A stretch of DNA of 18,205 nucleotides from Anthoceros angustus (GCA_010909165.1 VJWM01000401.1:1-18205), one strand, 5' to 3'. Shown: positions 8,390 to 18,205, numbered from the stretch's first letter. The notes: a model not told the origin generated them from the letters alone. Program-made: numbers and translations.

Positions 8390-10479
8390 GAAAATACAAT
8401 TTCGAGTCACATTGAGGAGCTTGACGGAAGAACACCCTTAAATCATCCGCATCCGATTCTTTCTTCGTTCAAAAGCTCCTGATAGGATCGCCGTTCACCA
8501 GGAACAAGGACTCTTCTCATTGTTTTGCTTGACTGACGGCCATATCTGCAAACCATATCAAAACATCAGGAAGAAACAAACAAAGGACTGAAATGTCACA
8601 AGCTTTCAAAACATATTACCTTGAGAATCCAGCATCTGTTTTATGGCCAGTCACACTTCTCCCAAAGATCGAAGGCACCGAGCCATCGTCAACGTGTAAT
8701 CATTGTTACACGGCAGCTCTTATTGGTGTAATAGCCAACGAGCCCAGCCCAGCCATGGTCTTCATGAACCTTGACAACATTCCTTTTGAAACACGGAGTT
8801 TTGCATACCAAGCCTAGCCAAAAACAAAACAGCTTAGTAAATACAAACCACAAAACTTAAGCCCAATAACAACAAAACTTAAGCCCAATAACAACAAACT
8901 TACATTTTGATCTTGGGTTATCAATTGTTGAATTGAACAAAACCCCGAATTGATGATTTTTGTCGCTTGCACCACTTGGGAGAGTGTTCAATGACTCTAA
9001 AAGTTTCGATAACATCCTCGTCAGAATCTTGACCTTTTTGACTAAATGCTCACCGGTAATTCTTCATGTCCACTTTATAATTTTTGAAAGCCGTTCTTGA
9101 TACCGCAAATAAAAGCGAGCTTAATACGACATCAAAAACAACCAAAACATACGAAAAGATACAATGAACAAAACAACCAAAACATCGAACAAAAGGTCCT
9201 CTGAATCACGAGAACGAAGTCCACGGAGTTATGTAACTCTTCACCACCTCGAACTCCAAACTGGTCATGCAAAAATATGCACACCGCAAACAGAGAGACC
9301 TCCGTGTTTAAAACCATAAATGAACAATCAAAGTGCACCCCTAAACCAACAATATTACCTTTTTGAGCCCCGCCCAAATGAGCATTGATGATCTCTGTGA
9401 AAGAATCGCTCATCATCAAAATCAACTTCACCTCTTTTCGACATGACACAATCCAAGATCCTTGATTTTCATGGACAACCACGGGACCCATGGAAAATTC
9501 CATGAAACATGTTGATCAACATCGAACCGCTTTGGTTCAAGATGCACTTCCTTGTTAAAATTCGGTTAAAACCACGAAAAGAAAGACATCAACGACAAGA
9601 GAGAAATAAATCCATGTGAATGAAAGAACTATCAAAATCAACAAGTCAAAAACATCACTACTTACGTTTCGAGAAAATCTCCTGTTGTCCTTGATTCGAA
9701 CTTGATGGAAAAAGGTATCGAATAAGATTTAGATCCTTGTAAGGAATATCCTCAACAGAGTATCCCATCCCATCCCCACTCACTTTCATAAAGGCCACAG
9801 GCGACTTGACCGCTTATTCGCCGCTTGGACCTATCCTCCCCACCACTCAAGCATCATTCAGCCCTCCGGGACTATTGGTCAAATCCGCCTCAAAATTGCT
9901 TCATCATCAATTTCCTCCATACCCATGGCAAAGTCATCTTGGGATCATCACACTTTAGCCTCTCAAACATATCAAGCACTTCTTGATCGGGGATGACTCG
10001 GTCGAACCACAGGCATGGAAAAGCCCACCAGAAGCATTCTGCTCAACGCAGACACAAATCTCTAGACTGCAGGTTTTGGCAAGACTCACAACCATGGGAT
10101 CGTCGGTTATCAAGAAATCATTCTCCCCACAACCGGACCCCTCTCTCGAATCGACATAGTTAGTAATCTGCAAGAGGACCTTCAACCAAAGCCAGTGTCG
10201 ATCCACCCTTCTCCTCTTGAACAAACTCGGGCATCGAGCGTCCTTCTTGGATGAAAATCGCCTTGGCGGTTTGGGCAAGTCTTTTGGGAACTAAGTAAGT
10301 TCCTTCATGCACCAAGACACCATCAACTTTACCATCATCCTGCAGCGGATGAGTTGCAGTATGTAGAATCGCGGATTTGACACGCTGTCTTGTATATGGC
10401 TTGGCCATAACTTCAGCCAAGGATCCTTGTTTTCTTCCCGGCCCAGCAGGCGCCCAGTGGGTTTTCTTTTAGGAGCCAT
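8390..10479 (-). CDS. Intron-containing tyrosine recombinase, Crypton/DUF3504-like, frameshifted as read
   Basis: Minus-strand motifs appear in canonical order. IFLHDQFGVRGGEELH (Arg codon 9251-9249); FKNYKVDMKN; AWYAKLRVSKGMLSRFMKTMA (from 8813); AGLVGYYTNKSCRVTMITR (8748-8692); VTGHKTDAGFS-R|Y, where splicing the 8619-8547 GT-AG intron joins AG|A TAT and gives Tyr at 8545-8543. Further introns at 8903-8814 and from 9665. Candidate ATG at 10479 (MAPKRK) follows a 5' intron 10576-10480. The 3' end is uncertain. Confidence 0.85.
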
Positions 10480-11889
10480 CTGCAAAAGCGAGAACAGAAT
10501 TGAGTGGTCAAGGAACTTGACAACACAAACATCCTGCAGGAAGTTGACAAAAAGACAAAATAAAGAAAGCACTTACATGGTGTTCACAACTTCCAGATAG
10601 GAACTCTTGAAGGGTCTAACAATTGATTATAAAACAATCGAGACGAGGATAGGGATGGGGGATATGGCACACACATTCATTGAATATACACATTGTTAAA
10701 TATTGAAATCCTCCACTTTTGGTTAGTGAGAGATAACTCCTTTTCAAACAACACCCACATACTTCCTGTAATAGAAGACTTTGTCGGCAAGTTAGATTTA
10801 AGAGGAAAAACAAACAAACAAACAAAACAAACTACGAGATTCAATCATGACTTCAAATTCAGTAAATGGTGATCCCGACCACGATGACAATCGAATGTTG
10901 TGTCAACCTTCACACGATGAACAATAAAGCCTACAAACAGAATTAGATTATTCACGATAGAACTAAACGTTAAAAGACAACGAGGTAATTATCAATGAGA
11001 AATCATCAAGTTTAAAATACTCACATACCATACGCGGGTTACACCGAACAAACGCCTTATACGTTAAGGCATTATCGCATCAAAGCAAGGACCTTAGAAT
11101 AAGAATGAGACAAAACATTGAAACACAAAACAACACAAACCTTGGCCTTGAAACAAACCACAATTCAACAAACAAGATACGTAAAGCAATAACAAAAGAA
11201 GCTTTCTGACGTACAAAAGGTCCCAAATGTGTCCGCCACACGTCCAAACCTTGATGCATCAAAAGAGCGGGAGAGTAAGATCACACAAGCAAGGAAACGC
11301 TCTCAAAGAAAGAGAGAACAAGATTTGCAGATCGACACAACAAACAACAAAACAACACAAACCTTGGCCTTGAAACAAACAAATGAAAGAACCTTCAAAC
11401 AAAAAACCAACCTTTACGTCAACAACCTCTTGTACACTCCCTGCGTTTCAAAAGGAATAAAGATACAAGAATACCGCTCAACATTATAACAATGAAAGCT
11501 CAAGAGAAGATACATTCATTTTCCAACAACAACATATCGTAAACAGAAAACCGATTGACACAAAGACATTTTGATGACTTACCAAAGTGGTCGATCTAAA
11601 CCGCACTTCAAACAAAAAGTCGCGCCTTGAAACAAACACAACGGGAGGGTTACAACACACCAGCAAAGCGAAAGTCGAGAACAAAGACTTGAACAGCAAC
11701 AAGCGCTTTTAACACACATGGGACCACGACGACAACGACGACAAAGAGACACTTCCACCAAACAAACAATCAAGCAATACGAGATTTTGCAAGAGAAAGA
11801 ACACAAGCATCACATGCAAGTTTTGAACAAAAGTAAGCCTAGCCAACCACGTTCAAGCAAGCAAAACACGTTATGAGAGGAAGTAACAC

Positions 11890-12790
11890 CATCGACGCAA
11901 TGTAATGGTGTTTGCGAAGTCGGTCGCGATGGTCATGTGTTGTACAATGCACATTTTGATCCTAACGACTTCACGGTTTCCAACATTGCCGGACGGGCGT
12001 GCTTAAAGATAAAGATAGATACGCAATCGACTTGGTAGAGCTTCACGCAACCCTAGTCAAGATATGAGCCGGCTCAGTCGAAACGATTGCGCCTCGACGC
12101 ACCGGCATTGAGAGGGTTCAAGGTTGATAGCGAAGTTCGAAGACAGCAACTTGGCCGTCACTATGTTCCATTCAGGACACCTCCACATCTCTGGAGGAAG
12201 GACTATTGCACCGTCAGAAGTTTTTGAACAGCTGTATCCCATCCTACTGGCACACCAAACGAAAAGAACGGTAACCAACCTGACCGACGACAAGCATCCG
12301 GTCGCAAGAGAAAGCGGTCGAAAAGGTGGACTACTTCCATGACCGAATCATATCAATTGTGACTATAGGGATGGCTTGGATTCGATCAATTTGATTAGTT
12401 GGACAATTGAAACACGCTTGTAAACAAATGAAAGAAATTTTGATGGAAATGAAAGTGATGTTCTCACTTGCATGCACCGGGGTGAGGGAAAAGGAAGGCA
12501 CGCCATTCGCTAAACCATCAATGAGCATTTGTTGTCCTTGGGTCATGCGTGTAATATTATTATAGTTTTTATCGAGACATTCTAGCTTGTCACAGCATTG
12601 GCCAAAGGCCAAGGACAAGTAGTCCTATAAGTATAACGCAAGAGCTAGTATATAGGTAGTAGTAGCTACTACCACTCCAACGAAAAGTCGCGCCTTGAAA
12701 CAAACCATTTCCGTCTGCGGTAGGTGCAGCCACACCCAACGAAAGTCGCGGCGACTTGAAATCATTTCCGTCCGGATCCATAGCAAAGAC
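11890..12790 (+). pseudogene. Partial TBP-like unit (3' half of ORF plus full spacer) inside the insert
   Basis: ORF 12124-12342 reads IAKFEDSNLAVTMFHSGHLHISGGRTIAPSEVFEQLYPILL. The spacer runs to CCGGATCCATAGC (~12784) and stops before the next ATG. Confidence 0.9.
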
Positions 12791-13038
12791 ACCTTGGCCT
12801 TGAACAAAACACCTTGGCCTTGAAAGAACCTTCAAACAACAAAACAACACAAACCTTGGCCTCAAACCTTTACGACACCTTGGCCTTGAACGAAGGCGAG
12901 AAAGGCCTTAAACATTGGAAAGGGCAAAAGAACCTTGGCCCCAAAACTTAAACGACGCCTAGCGAACCTAGAACACCTTGGCCTTGAATGAGCTAGAAGC
13001 ACCTTAGCCTAGCGAACCTAGAACACCTTGGCCTTGAA
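12791..13038 (+). repeat. Cluster of ACCTTGGCCTTGAA motifs
   Basis: Perfect copies at 12791, 12811, 12877, 12975 and 13025, partial copies at 12853 and 12932, and two more at 11139 and 11361. Confidence 0.85.
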
Positions 13039-13149
13039 AAGAACCTTCAAAGAGGAGGACAAAGAAACTAAACACAAAGCAAAACACCTAAGCCTTGGCG
13101 CGAGACTGACAACCACCGGACTTGAAAACAGAATGACAAAGAACTCCTG

Positions 13150-13440
13150 AGAAGCCATATATAGGCCAGCAAACCCTAAATATTCTCCTCGGACTCTCTC
13201 TACCAAGCTGGTTTGAATTTACCAAACCTAACATCGAGCCCAATTCCAAACCAGTGGGTTGCCATTGCCGCCTACTATCAACCAAACCTAGATTCGATTT
13301 TCCAAACCTAGCCTAACGGCACCAAACCTAATCTCGAACCCCGTCGTGGGCGTAACGAAGCTCTGCGCCAACCCAGGCCCGCCACCCCTCGAACCATCTA
13401 GAACCCTAACTTTCGATTAAACATGCACATAGGGTTAGCG
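13150..13440 (-). promoter_or_regulatory. Putative leftward promoter (TATA + telo-box motifs)
   Basis: On the minus strand CCTATATATGGC at ~13155-13166. AAACCCTA at 13171-13178, AACCCTAA at 13402-13409, TAGGGTT at 13430-13436, and several AAACCTA. Telo-boxes are known plant promoter elements. Assignment to the YR gene is inference. Confidence 0.4.
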
Positions 13441-14239
13441 GTCACGCCCAACCGCGCCGCCAGTCGCGGGCTGCGCGGCCTTCTCGATCGCACCAGTGCA
13501 TTCGCTCACGCTTTGGGTGAGTCCTCGGAGAAGGTCGCGAATCGGCTCCTTCCTTTCATCTGTTACCCACTACGCGTCATCGCACTCTCTTGTTCGTGTA
13601 GGTGGCATTCCACTTTTCTCGCTTCAAAACCTTGATCCGTCCTTACAGCGTCCGCTGCTCATCTCCACCGCCACCGCCAACACGACATCAAGAAGTCTCT
13701 GGCGTCCTCACACGCTCACGCTCTTCTTTTTGTGTTCGTTCAGAATTGCCGCCCTCTTTTCTTCTCGCCCGCTCTAGGTAGCCGTAATCGCTCTTGTGTT
13801 TCTTGTTCTGCGATGTAATTTGCCTCGAGACATAGCACAAAACCTCGGCCAGCGTCCTCGTGTGTTGTCAAACACGTTTCGTCTCTTCTTTCTTTTTGTT
13901 GCAGCCATTGCAGCCGCGCTTTCTTCCTCTTCGCTCTTGGTTCCGCTCTTCGCCTCGTGAGTTCTTCAGTTGCTTTGATGCTTATTGCTCTCGAGCGTAC
14001 GACAAACGCTCGAAAGCACGGCGCCTCCGTGCGATCAAGCCACTTGTCTTTCTTTTTGTGTTTTCTGCCAATTCAACGCTTCCTTTCTTGTTGTCTTACT
14101 CATAGCGATTATCGCCTTTCTTTGCCTTGCATGATGTGTTTGCAAGACATGTTTGGCATGCGGCCAGTTGTGGAGCGACAAGCCGCGTCACTTTTTTTCT
14201 CACCCATCAGTTGGTGTTGCTCGTCGATGTGTCTGCAAC

Positions 14240-14495
14240 GCGCGGCTTGATTGCATGCAAGCTGCGCCTTGCGTGATCGCTGCGTGTCGCGTAGCGGCAT
14301 GCGCACGTATGTCGCACACGCCGTGCGGCATGCCGCGTCCGTAAAGCATGGCGGCAGGTCGCATGCGCGCAACGCACGGTGCATCGCCGGCGTAGCATCG
14401 CGCGTGTGAGTGCGCATGCTGCCGCATGCGGCATGCCGCGACACGCGTGAGTGCATGCCGCAACGCAACACTTGCGCTTGGCGGCATGCCGCCGC
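14240..14495. repeat. GC-rich block of short palindromes (GCATGC / GCGGCATGCCGC)
   Basis: GCGGCATGCCGC at ~14325, ~14428 and ~14481. Inverted repeat GCGCGGCTTG...CAAGCTGCGC at ~14240-14268. Many GCATGC and CGCG sites. Confidence 0.8.
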
Positions 14496-14515
14496 GTGTT
14501 ACATGTTATGGACTT

Positions 14516-14521
14516 TATAAA
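14516..14521 (+). promoter_or_regulatory. TATA box upstream of the plus-strand multi-exon gene
   Basis: TATAAA is followed by a pyrimidine-rich leader, a GTAAGT donor at 14581, candidate acceptors near 14645/14667/14698, and ATG at 14700. Confidence 0.5.
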
Positions 14522-14699
14522 CTCACGCCTCTCCTCTTCGAATTGAGCGCAAAGGTCACGCAAGAAGGCGCCACTCTAGTGTAAGTACATCCCAATCCGA
14601 AATTCTCACCTTGTTTCTGTTTTACGTGGGATGCGTCTTGTTCAGTCTGATTTGATTCTCTCCACAGTGATTACTGACTGATGGCTTTTTAAAATCAGG

Positions 14700-16180
14700 A
14701 TGGAATCTGAGAACGGAAGCAATAACGATTTTCAAATCCAAGAAGGTACTTGATTGTAATTCGTATTATACGTTTCTTACTTTCCTTTTACATTTACTAA
14801 TATCTTTTTGTGTCAACCCCTCACAAGAACTCATGACGCCACCCCGTGAGCGCCACTCGACAAATTACTTCCCACCCATGGGGATCCGGATATGACGCTA
14901 ATGCAGAGTTTGAACCACCACTGGAGATAAGAAAGATCGTAGAAAAAGGTATTCGGGAAAAATGATTGCGTTAGTCTGTATGTTCTTGGTCGAGTCTAAC
15001 AAAACCCGTGGGTTGCGTCCTCTGCGAGCACACAATGTTCTCTGTCATGGACAAACAAGACCTTAAGCATCTTTGCGAGATGCCTTGATTGAATAAGATA
15101 AAGAAGGTAAGCACTTTTCTTTAATTCATAAACTTGATCTAATTATGCTCAAATCCAAAATCTTAACCTAAATTATCTCTAGGATATCAAAAGAACCTTG
15201 AACAACATCAATTGGAAACGACACACTTGTGGAAAGGTTTAATGGACACCGATTTTCAATGCAAACAATGTTGGAGGGATATCAAAGTTCAATCCAGATC
15301 GGAGGTAATCAAATCTAATACATTCATACCTTCTTTGCTTCTTCACATTGACCTTATAACTTGGCATTACAGAATGCTGGAAAACAAGCTGTTGCTGCAA
15401 AAAACATAAAGGACAAAGTCGAAAAGATTGACAATAACATTGACAACGCAGCCATCTCCAATCAGGTATACAAAAAGTATTAGGTATATAATGTGCATTA
15501 ATATGATTTTGGTTTAAGAAATTAATGATTTTGGTTTTGATCGGGCAAAAAGAAAAATTGATGACTTCGAGGAGGATGGACCAACTTACGGGCCGTCACT
15601 TGAGTTCACCGAGTTTGGAAAGTGGATGAGCAATTTTCAATATCCACCACTTTTCAAGACTTTAAAGATAAGTATTGCACTTTGGGAGCATAGTCTAAAA
15701 GAGCAAGTACAGCCATCTTGAATGAAGATGGGTCCAACCCAACATTCGAGCGATGCAGACAAATCCAAGCAAGTAAGTCGATAACTTCTCTTTTCACTAT
15801 TATTTTCATTACATATAATTCTATGTAATGTAATTGCATGCATTGAATGCGAGATAGGGGCAGCAATTGAAAATAAGGAGTTGAAAACGAGACTTGTTGT
15901 CTCTCATGGAAGAACCGGAGACAACTAAAAACATTCAAAAGGTACATCGTTTGAAAGGTAATATCCGCTTGCATTCCAAAAAATTCTAATGTTTATGTTT
16001 CTTGAACATACGATCACATTTCCGGCAGGGGGGAATCTTCACGACGTGTTTAACGCTTGTCGAAAAGGTATATGCAAAGAAAGATCTTCTCCGAATTGAA
16101 ATGGAGGTAAATGACTAATTACTTTTACTTTTTGTTTGTAGTTATCGGAGAATCAAAGCGAGTTGTTTTCACTCTTTGAG
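14700..16180 (+). CDS. Multi-exon gene of unknown function, frameshifted as read; 3' end uncertain
   Basis: MESENGSNNDFQIQE, intron 14746-14827, then ELMTPPRER...SGYDANAEFEPPLEIRKIVEK. A clean phase-0 exon at 15373-15465 reads NAGKQAVAAKNIKDKVEKIDNNIDNAAISNQ. RAKRKIDDFEEDGPTYGPSLEFTEFGKWMSNFQYPPLFK lies near 15540-15660. Donors GTAAGT at 15773 and GTGAGT at 16181. No family recognised. Confidence 0.5.
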
Positions 16181-16540
16181 GTGAGTACTAAAGTTAAAAA
16201 TAGATAAGTTTTTATATATGAATTCGACAATGGTTTAAATTGCGAAATATTCTCGCTTGGATGAAATATTGAAATGATAATACATTTATCTGGACCATAC
16301 AATCAGCAGCTCAAAAGTACTATTCAAGAGACGGACCACTAACTATACCATATTACACTCCATCTACTCCAATAGAATATGTGTGATTAACCAAAACTAT
16401 TTTGATTAGAGCCTTACGATAAAGGATAAAGATAATCCTTTTATTGTGTAAAAGGATTGAAAAACGAAAATGATACGTAGTGAAGGGCAAGTTATCAGAA
16501 GAGAGAGAGAAATGACATATAAGCCGGTGCTATAGGCAGC

Positions 16541-17458
16541 CTAGTCAAGATATGAGCCGGCTCAGTGAAACGATTGCGCCTCGGCCCCGGACTCGGCCTC
16601 ACGGCCTCGGCCTTACCGACATTGCGCGTGTTCGCCGACGGCCTGAACGGTCTCGGCCTCACGGCCTCGACCGTTCTCGCCAACGGCGCCCTCCCTGGCC
16701 TTACGACATTGCGTGTTCGCCGACGGTGAACGCTAGGACCAGCATCGCGTCGCAATGTAATGGTGTTTGCGAGAAGGTCGCGATGGTCAACGGTACAATG
16801 CACATTTTGATCCTAACGACTTCACGGTTTCCAACATTGTGCCGACGCGGTGCTTAAAGATAAAGATAGATACGCAATCGACTTGGTAGAGCTTCACGCA
16901 ACCCTAGTCAAGATATGAGCTCAGTCGAAACGATTGCGCCTCGGCGCACCGGCATTGAGAGGGTTCGGTGGGTTGATAAGTTCAAGACAAGAACTTGGCC
17001 GTCACTATGTTCCATTCGTGACACCTCCACATCTCCGGAGGAAGGACTATTGCACCGTCGTAAGTTTTTGAACACGTATCCCATCCCACCGCACACCAAA
17101 CGAAAAGAACGGTAACCAACCTCGACTGACTGCAGACGAGCATCCGGTCGCAGAGAAAGCGGTCGAAAGGACTACTTCCATGACCGAATCATATCAATTG
17201 TGACTATAGGGAGTATGGCTTGGATTCGATCAATTTGATTAGTTGGACAATTGAAACACAGCTTGTAAACAAATGAAAGAAATTTTGATGGAAATGAAAG
17301 TGATGTTCTCACTTGCATGCACCGGGGTGAGGGAAAAGGAAGGCACGCCATTCGCTAAACCATCAATGAGCATTTGTTGTCCTTGGGTCATGGTGCGTGT
17401 AATATTATTATAGTTTTTATCGAGACATTCTAGCTTGTCAGCATTGGCCAAAGGCCAA
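16541..17458 (+). repeat. TBP-like unit, 3' two-thirds plus most of the spacer, with scrambled 5' junction
   Basis: Displaced fragment at 16541-16583 and GGCCTC-rich scrambled DNA at 16584-16700. Unit sequence then runs to TGA at 17201-17203, and the spacer to CATTGGCCAAAGGCCAA (17458). Confidence 0.9.
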
Positions 17459-17471
17459 CCGTGAGCATGTT

Positions 17472-18205
17472 ATGTCAGCAGGGGAAGCTGAGGCCGTTGG
17501 AGCCCTGGAATCTCTGGCGCAGACAGACTCTGCTGTCTGGTCTCTGTTGTACACTGTGCTGAAACTGTGTACAGCTAAGAAGGATTTGGTTGTGGGGCGA
17601 CGAGTTCATGATCTCACTGTCAAACTTGATTCGAATGCATACTTGGGAAAACCATATCTTGCGCATGTATGCATGTCTTAGAGGAGGCCATGGATGTGTT
17701 CACCAGGTGGGGAAACCAGATGCCTTCATGTGGTTTTCCATAATCTCTGCATACGCTAAGCATGGGAAACCTAATGAGGCCATACAACTGTACCATGAGA
17801 TGCGTAGGTCAGGAGTGAAGGCGAATGGTCACGTCTTTGTAGCTGCCCTTCAAGCTTGTGCATTGGCCGCCGACTTGGAATCTGGCAGAAAGTGCACTGA
17901 TGTTTTATACAGTGGCATTCCTCCTAACTTGTTTGTTGGCAACTGCCTGGTGTGCAAAATGTGGCGAACTGGAAGATGCACGCCAGGTTTTGACAACATG
18001 AGAAAGGATGTGGTGACATGGAATGCCCTGATATCTGGGTATGCAAAATGTGGTGAACTGGAAGATGCACGCCAGGTTTTGACAGCATGGCACAAAGGAT
18101 GTGGTGACATGGACGGCACTGATTGCTGGGTATGCACAGCAAGGGCTCGGCCAAGAGGCGCTTGTCGTGTATGAACAAATGGAGCAAGATGGGCGTATTT
18201 TGGCT
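17472..18205 (+). CDS. Pentatricopeptide-repeat protein, PLS-class-like (plant), frameshifted as read, probably running off the window
   Basis: Typical plant PPR motifs: VLKLCTAKKDLVVGRRVH, NHILRMYA, PDAFMWFSIISAYAKHGKPNEAIQLYHEMRRSGVKANGHVFVAALQACA, NLFVGNCLV, KDVVTWNALISGYAKCGELEDARQV. A ~90-bp internal duplication (17953-18023 vs 18041-18113) corresponds to one PPR motif. Confidence 0.93.

Larger units (their letters stand above)
6576..16608. mobile_element. Putative ~10-kb Crypton-like tyrosine-recombinase element inserted into a TBP-like unit
   Basis: Contains the YR gene. TBP copy 6 stops at GGCCT (6571-6575) and the unit resumes at GGCCTTACCGACATTG (16609). GGCCTCAC occurs at both 6571-6578 and 16595-16602. 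No TIRs, LTRs or RT were seen. The right junction is scrambled, so boundaries are approximate. Confidence 0.5.

Noticed and set aside
8851-8894. 22-bp tandem duplication CAAAACTTAAGCCCAATAACAA x2
   Set aside because: Lies inside a YR intron. An ordinary slippage duplication with no evident function.
9955-10278. Cys-rich ORF (ICVCVE...CGS...KKCLICL) suggesting a PHD/RING finger
   Set aside because: Cys/His spacing does not fit. An alternative frame (LWFDRVIPDQEVLDMFERLK) reads on more plausibly into the YR N-terminus, so the cysteines are probably off-frame.
11000-11880. Short ORFs in the A/C-rich stretch
   Set aside because: Low-complexity, intron/UTR-like sequence (TTTG-rich on the minus strand) with no recognisable coding signal.
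12791-13038. CRISPR-like repeat-spacer appearance
   Set aside because: Repeats are only 14 bp, spacing is irregular, spacers are themselves repetitive, the context is eukaryotic and there are no cas genes.
13171-13437. Telomeric array or chromosome end
   Set aside because: Only isolated AAACCCTA-like words, not tandem repeats, so better read as telo-box-like motifs.
14109-14563. Overlapping Ala/Arg/Cys-rich ORFs on both strands
   Set aside because: By-products of the GC-rich GCATGC palindrome block, with no protein-like features.
6576-16608. CACTA/MULE-type TIR element, LTR element or DIRS retrotransposon
   Set aside because: No matching terminal inverted repeats or LTRs were found by eye. 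No DDE transposase, RT or RNase H motifs were seen, and the YR gene has spliceosomal introns.

Overview
Eukaryotic, land-plant-like DNA: a PLS-class PPR gene at the right end, GT-AG introns and telo-boxes. It is riddled with 1-4 nt indels, probably uncorrected long-read error. There are three layers. (1) A head-to-tail array of ~1.25-kb units (1-6575, resuming at ~16609-17458). Each unit carries an intronless, highly divergent TATA-binding-protein (TBP)-family gene plus a ~430-bp spacer with TATA-like boxes, a palindrome and a ~40-bp direct repeat. (2) A ~10-kb block (~6576-16608) that interrupts one TBP unit, and the unit resumes at the matching position on the far side. The block holds a minus-strand, intron-split tyrosine recombinase of Crypton/DUF3504 type (FGVRGGEEL...WY...TNKSCR...VTGHK...SR|Y, with the catalytic Tyr just across a splice junction). 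It also holds a divergent multi-exon gene of unknown function, a palindrome-dense GC block between the two genes, and a partial TBP unit with scrambled TBP fragments. (3) A PPR gene from 17472 to the window end. Best hypothesis: a Crypton-like tyrosine-recombinase element in a land plant, associated with an amplified non-canonical TBP gene. Assembly or polishing artefacts are not excluded.
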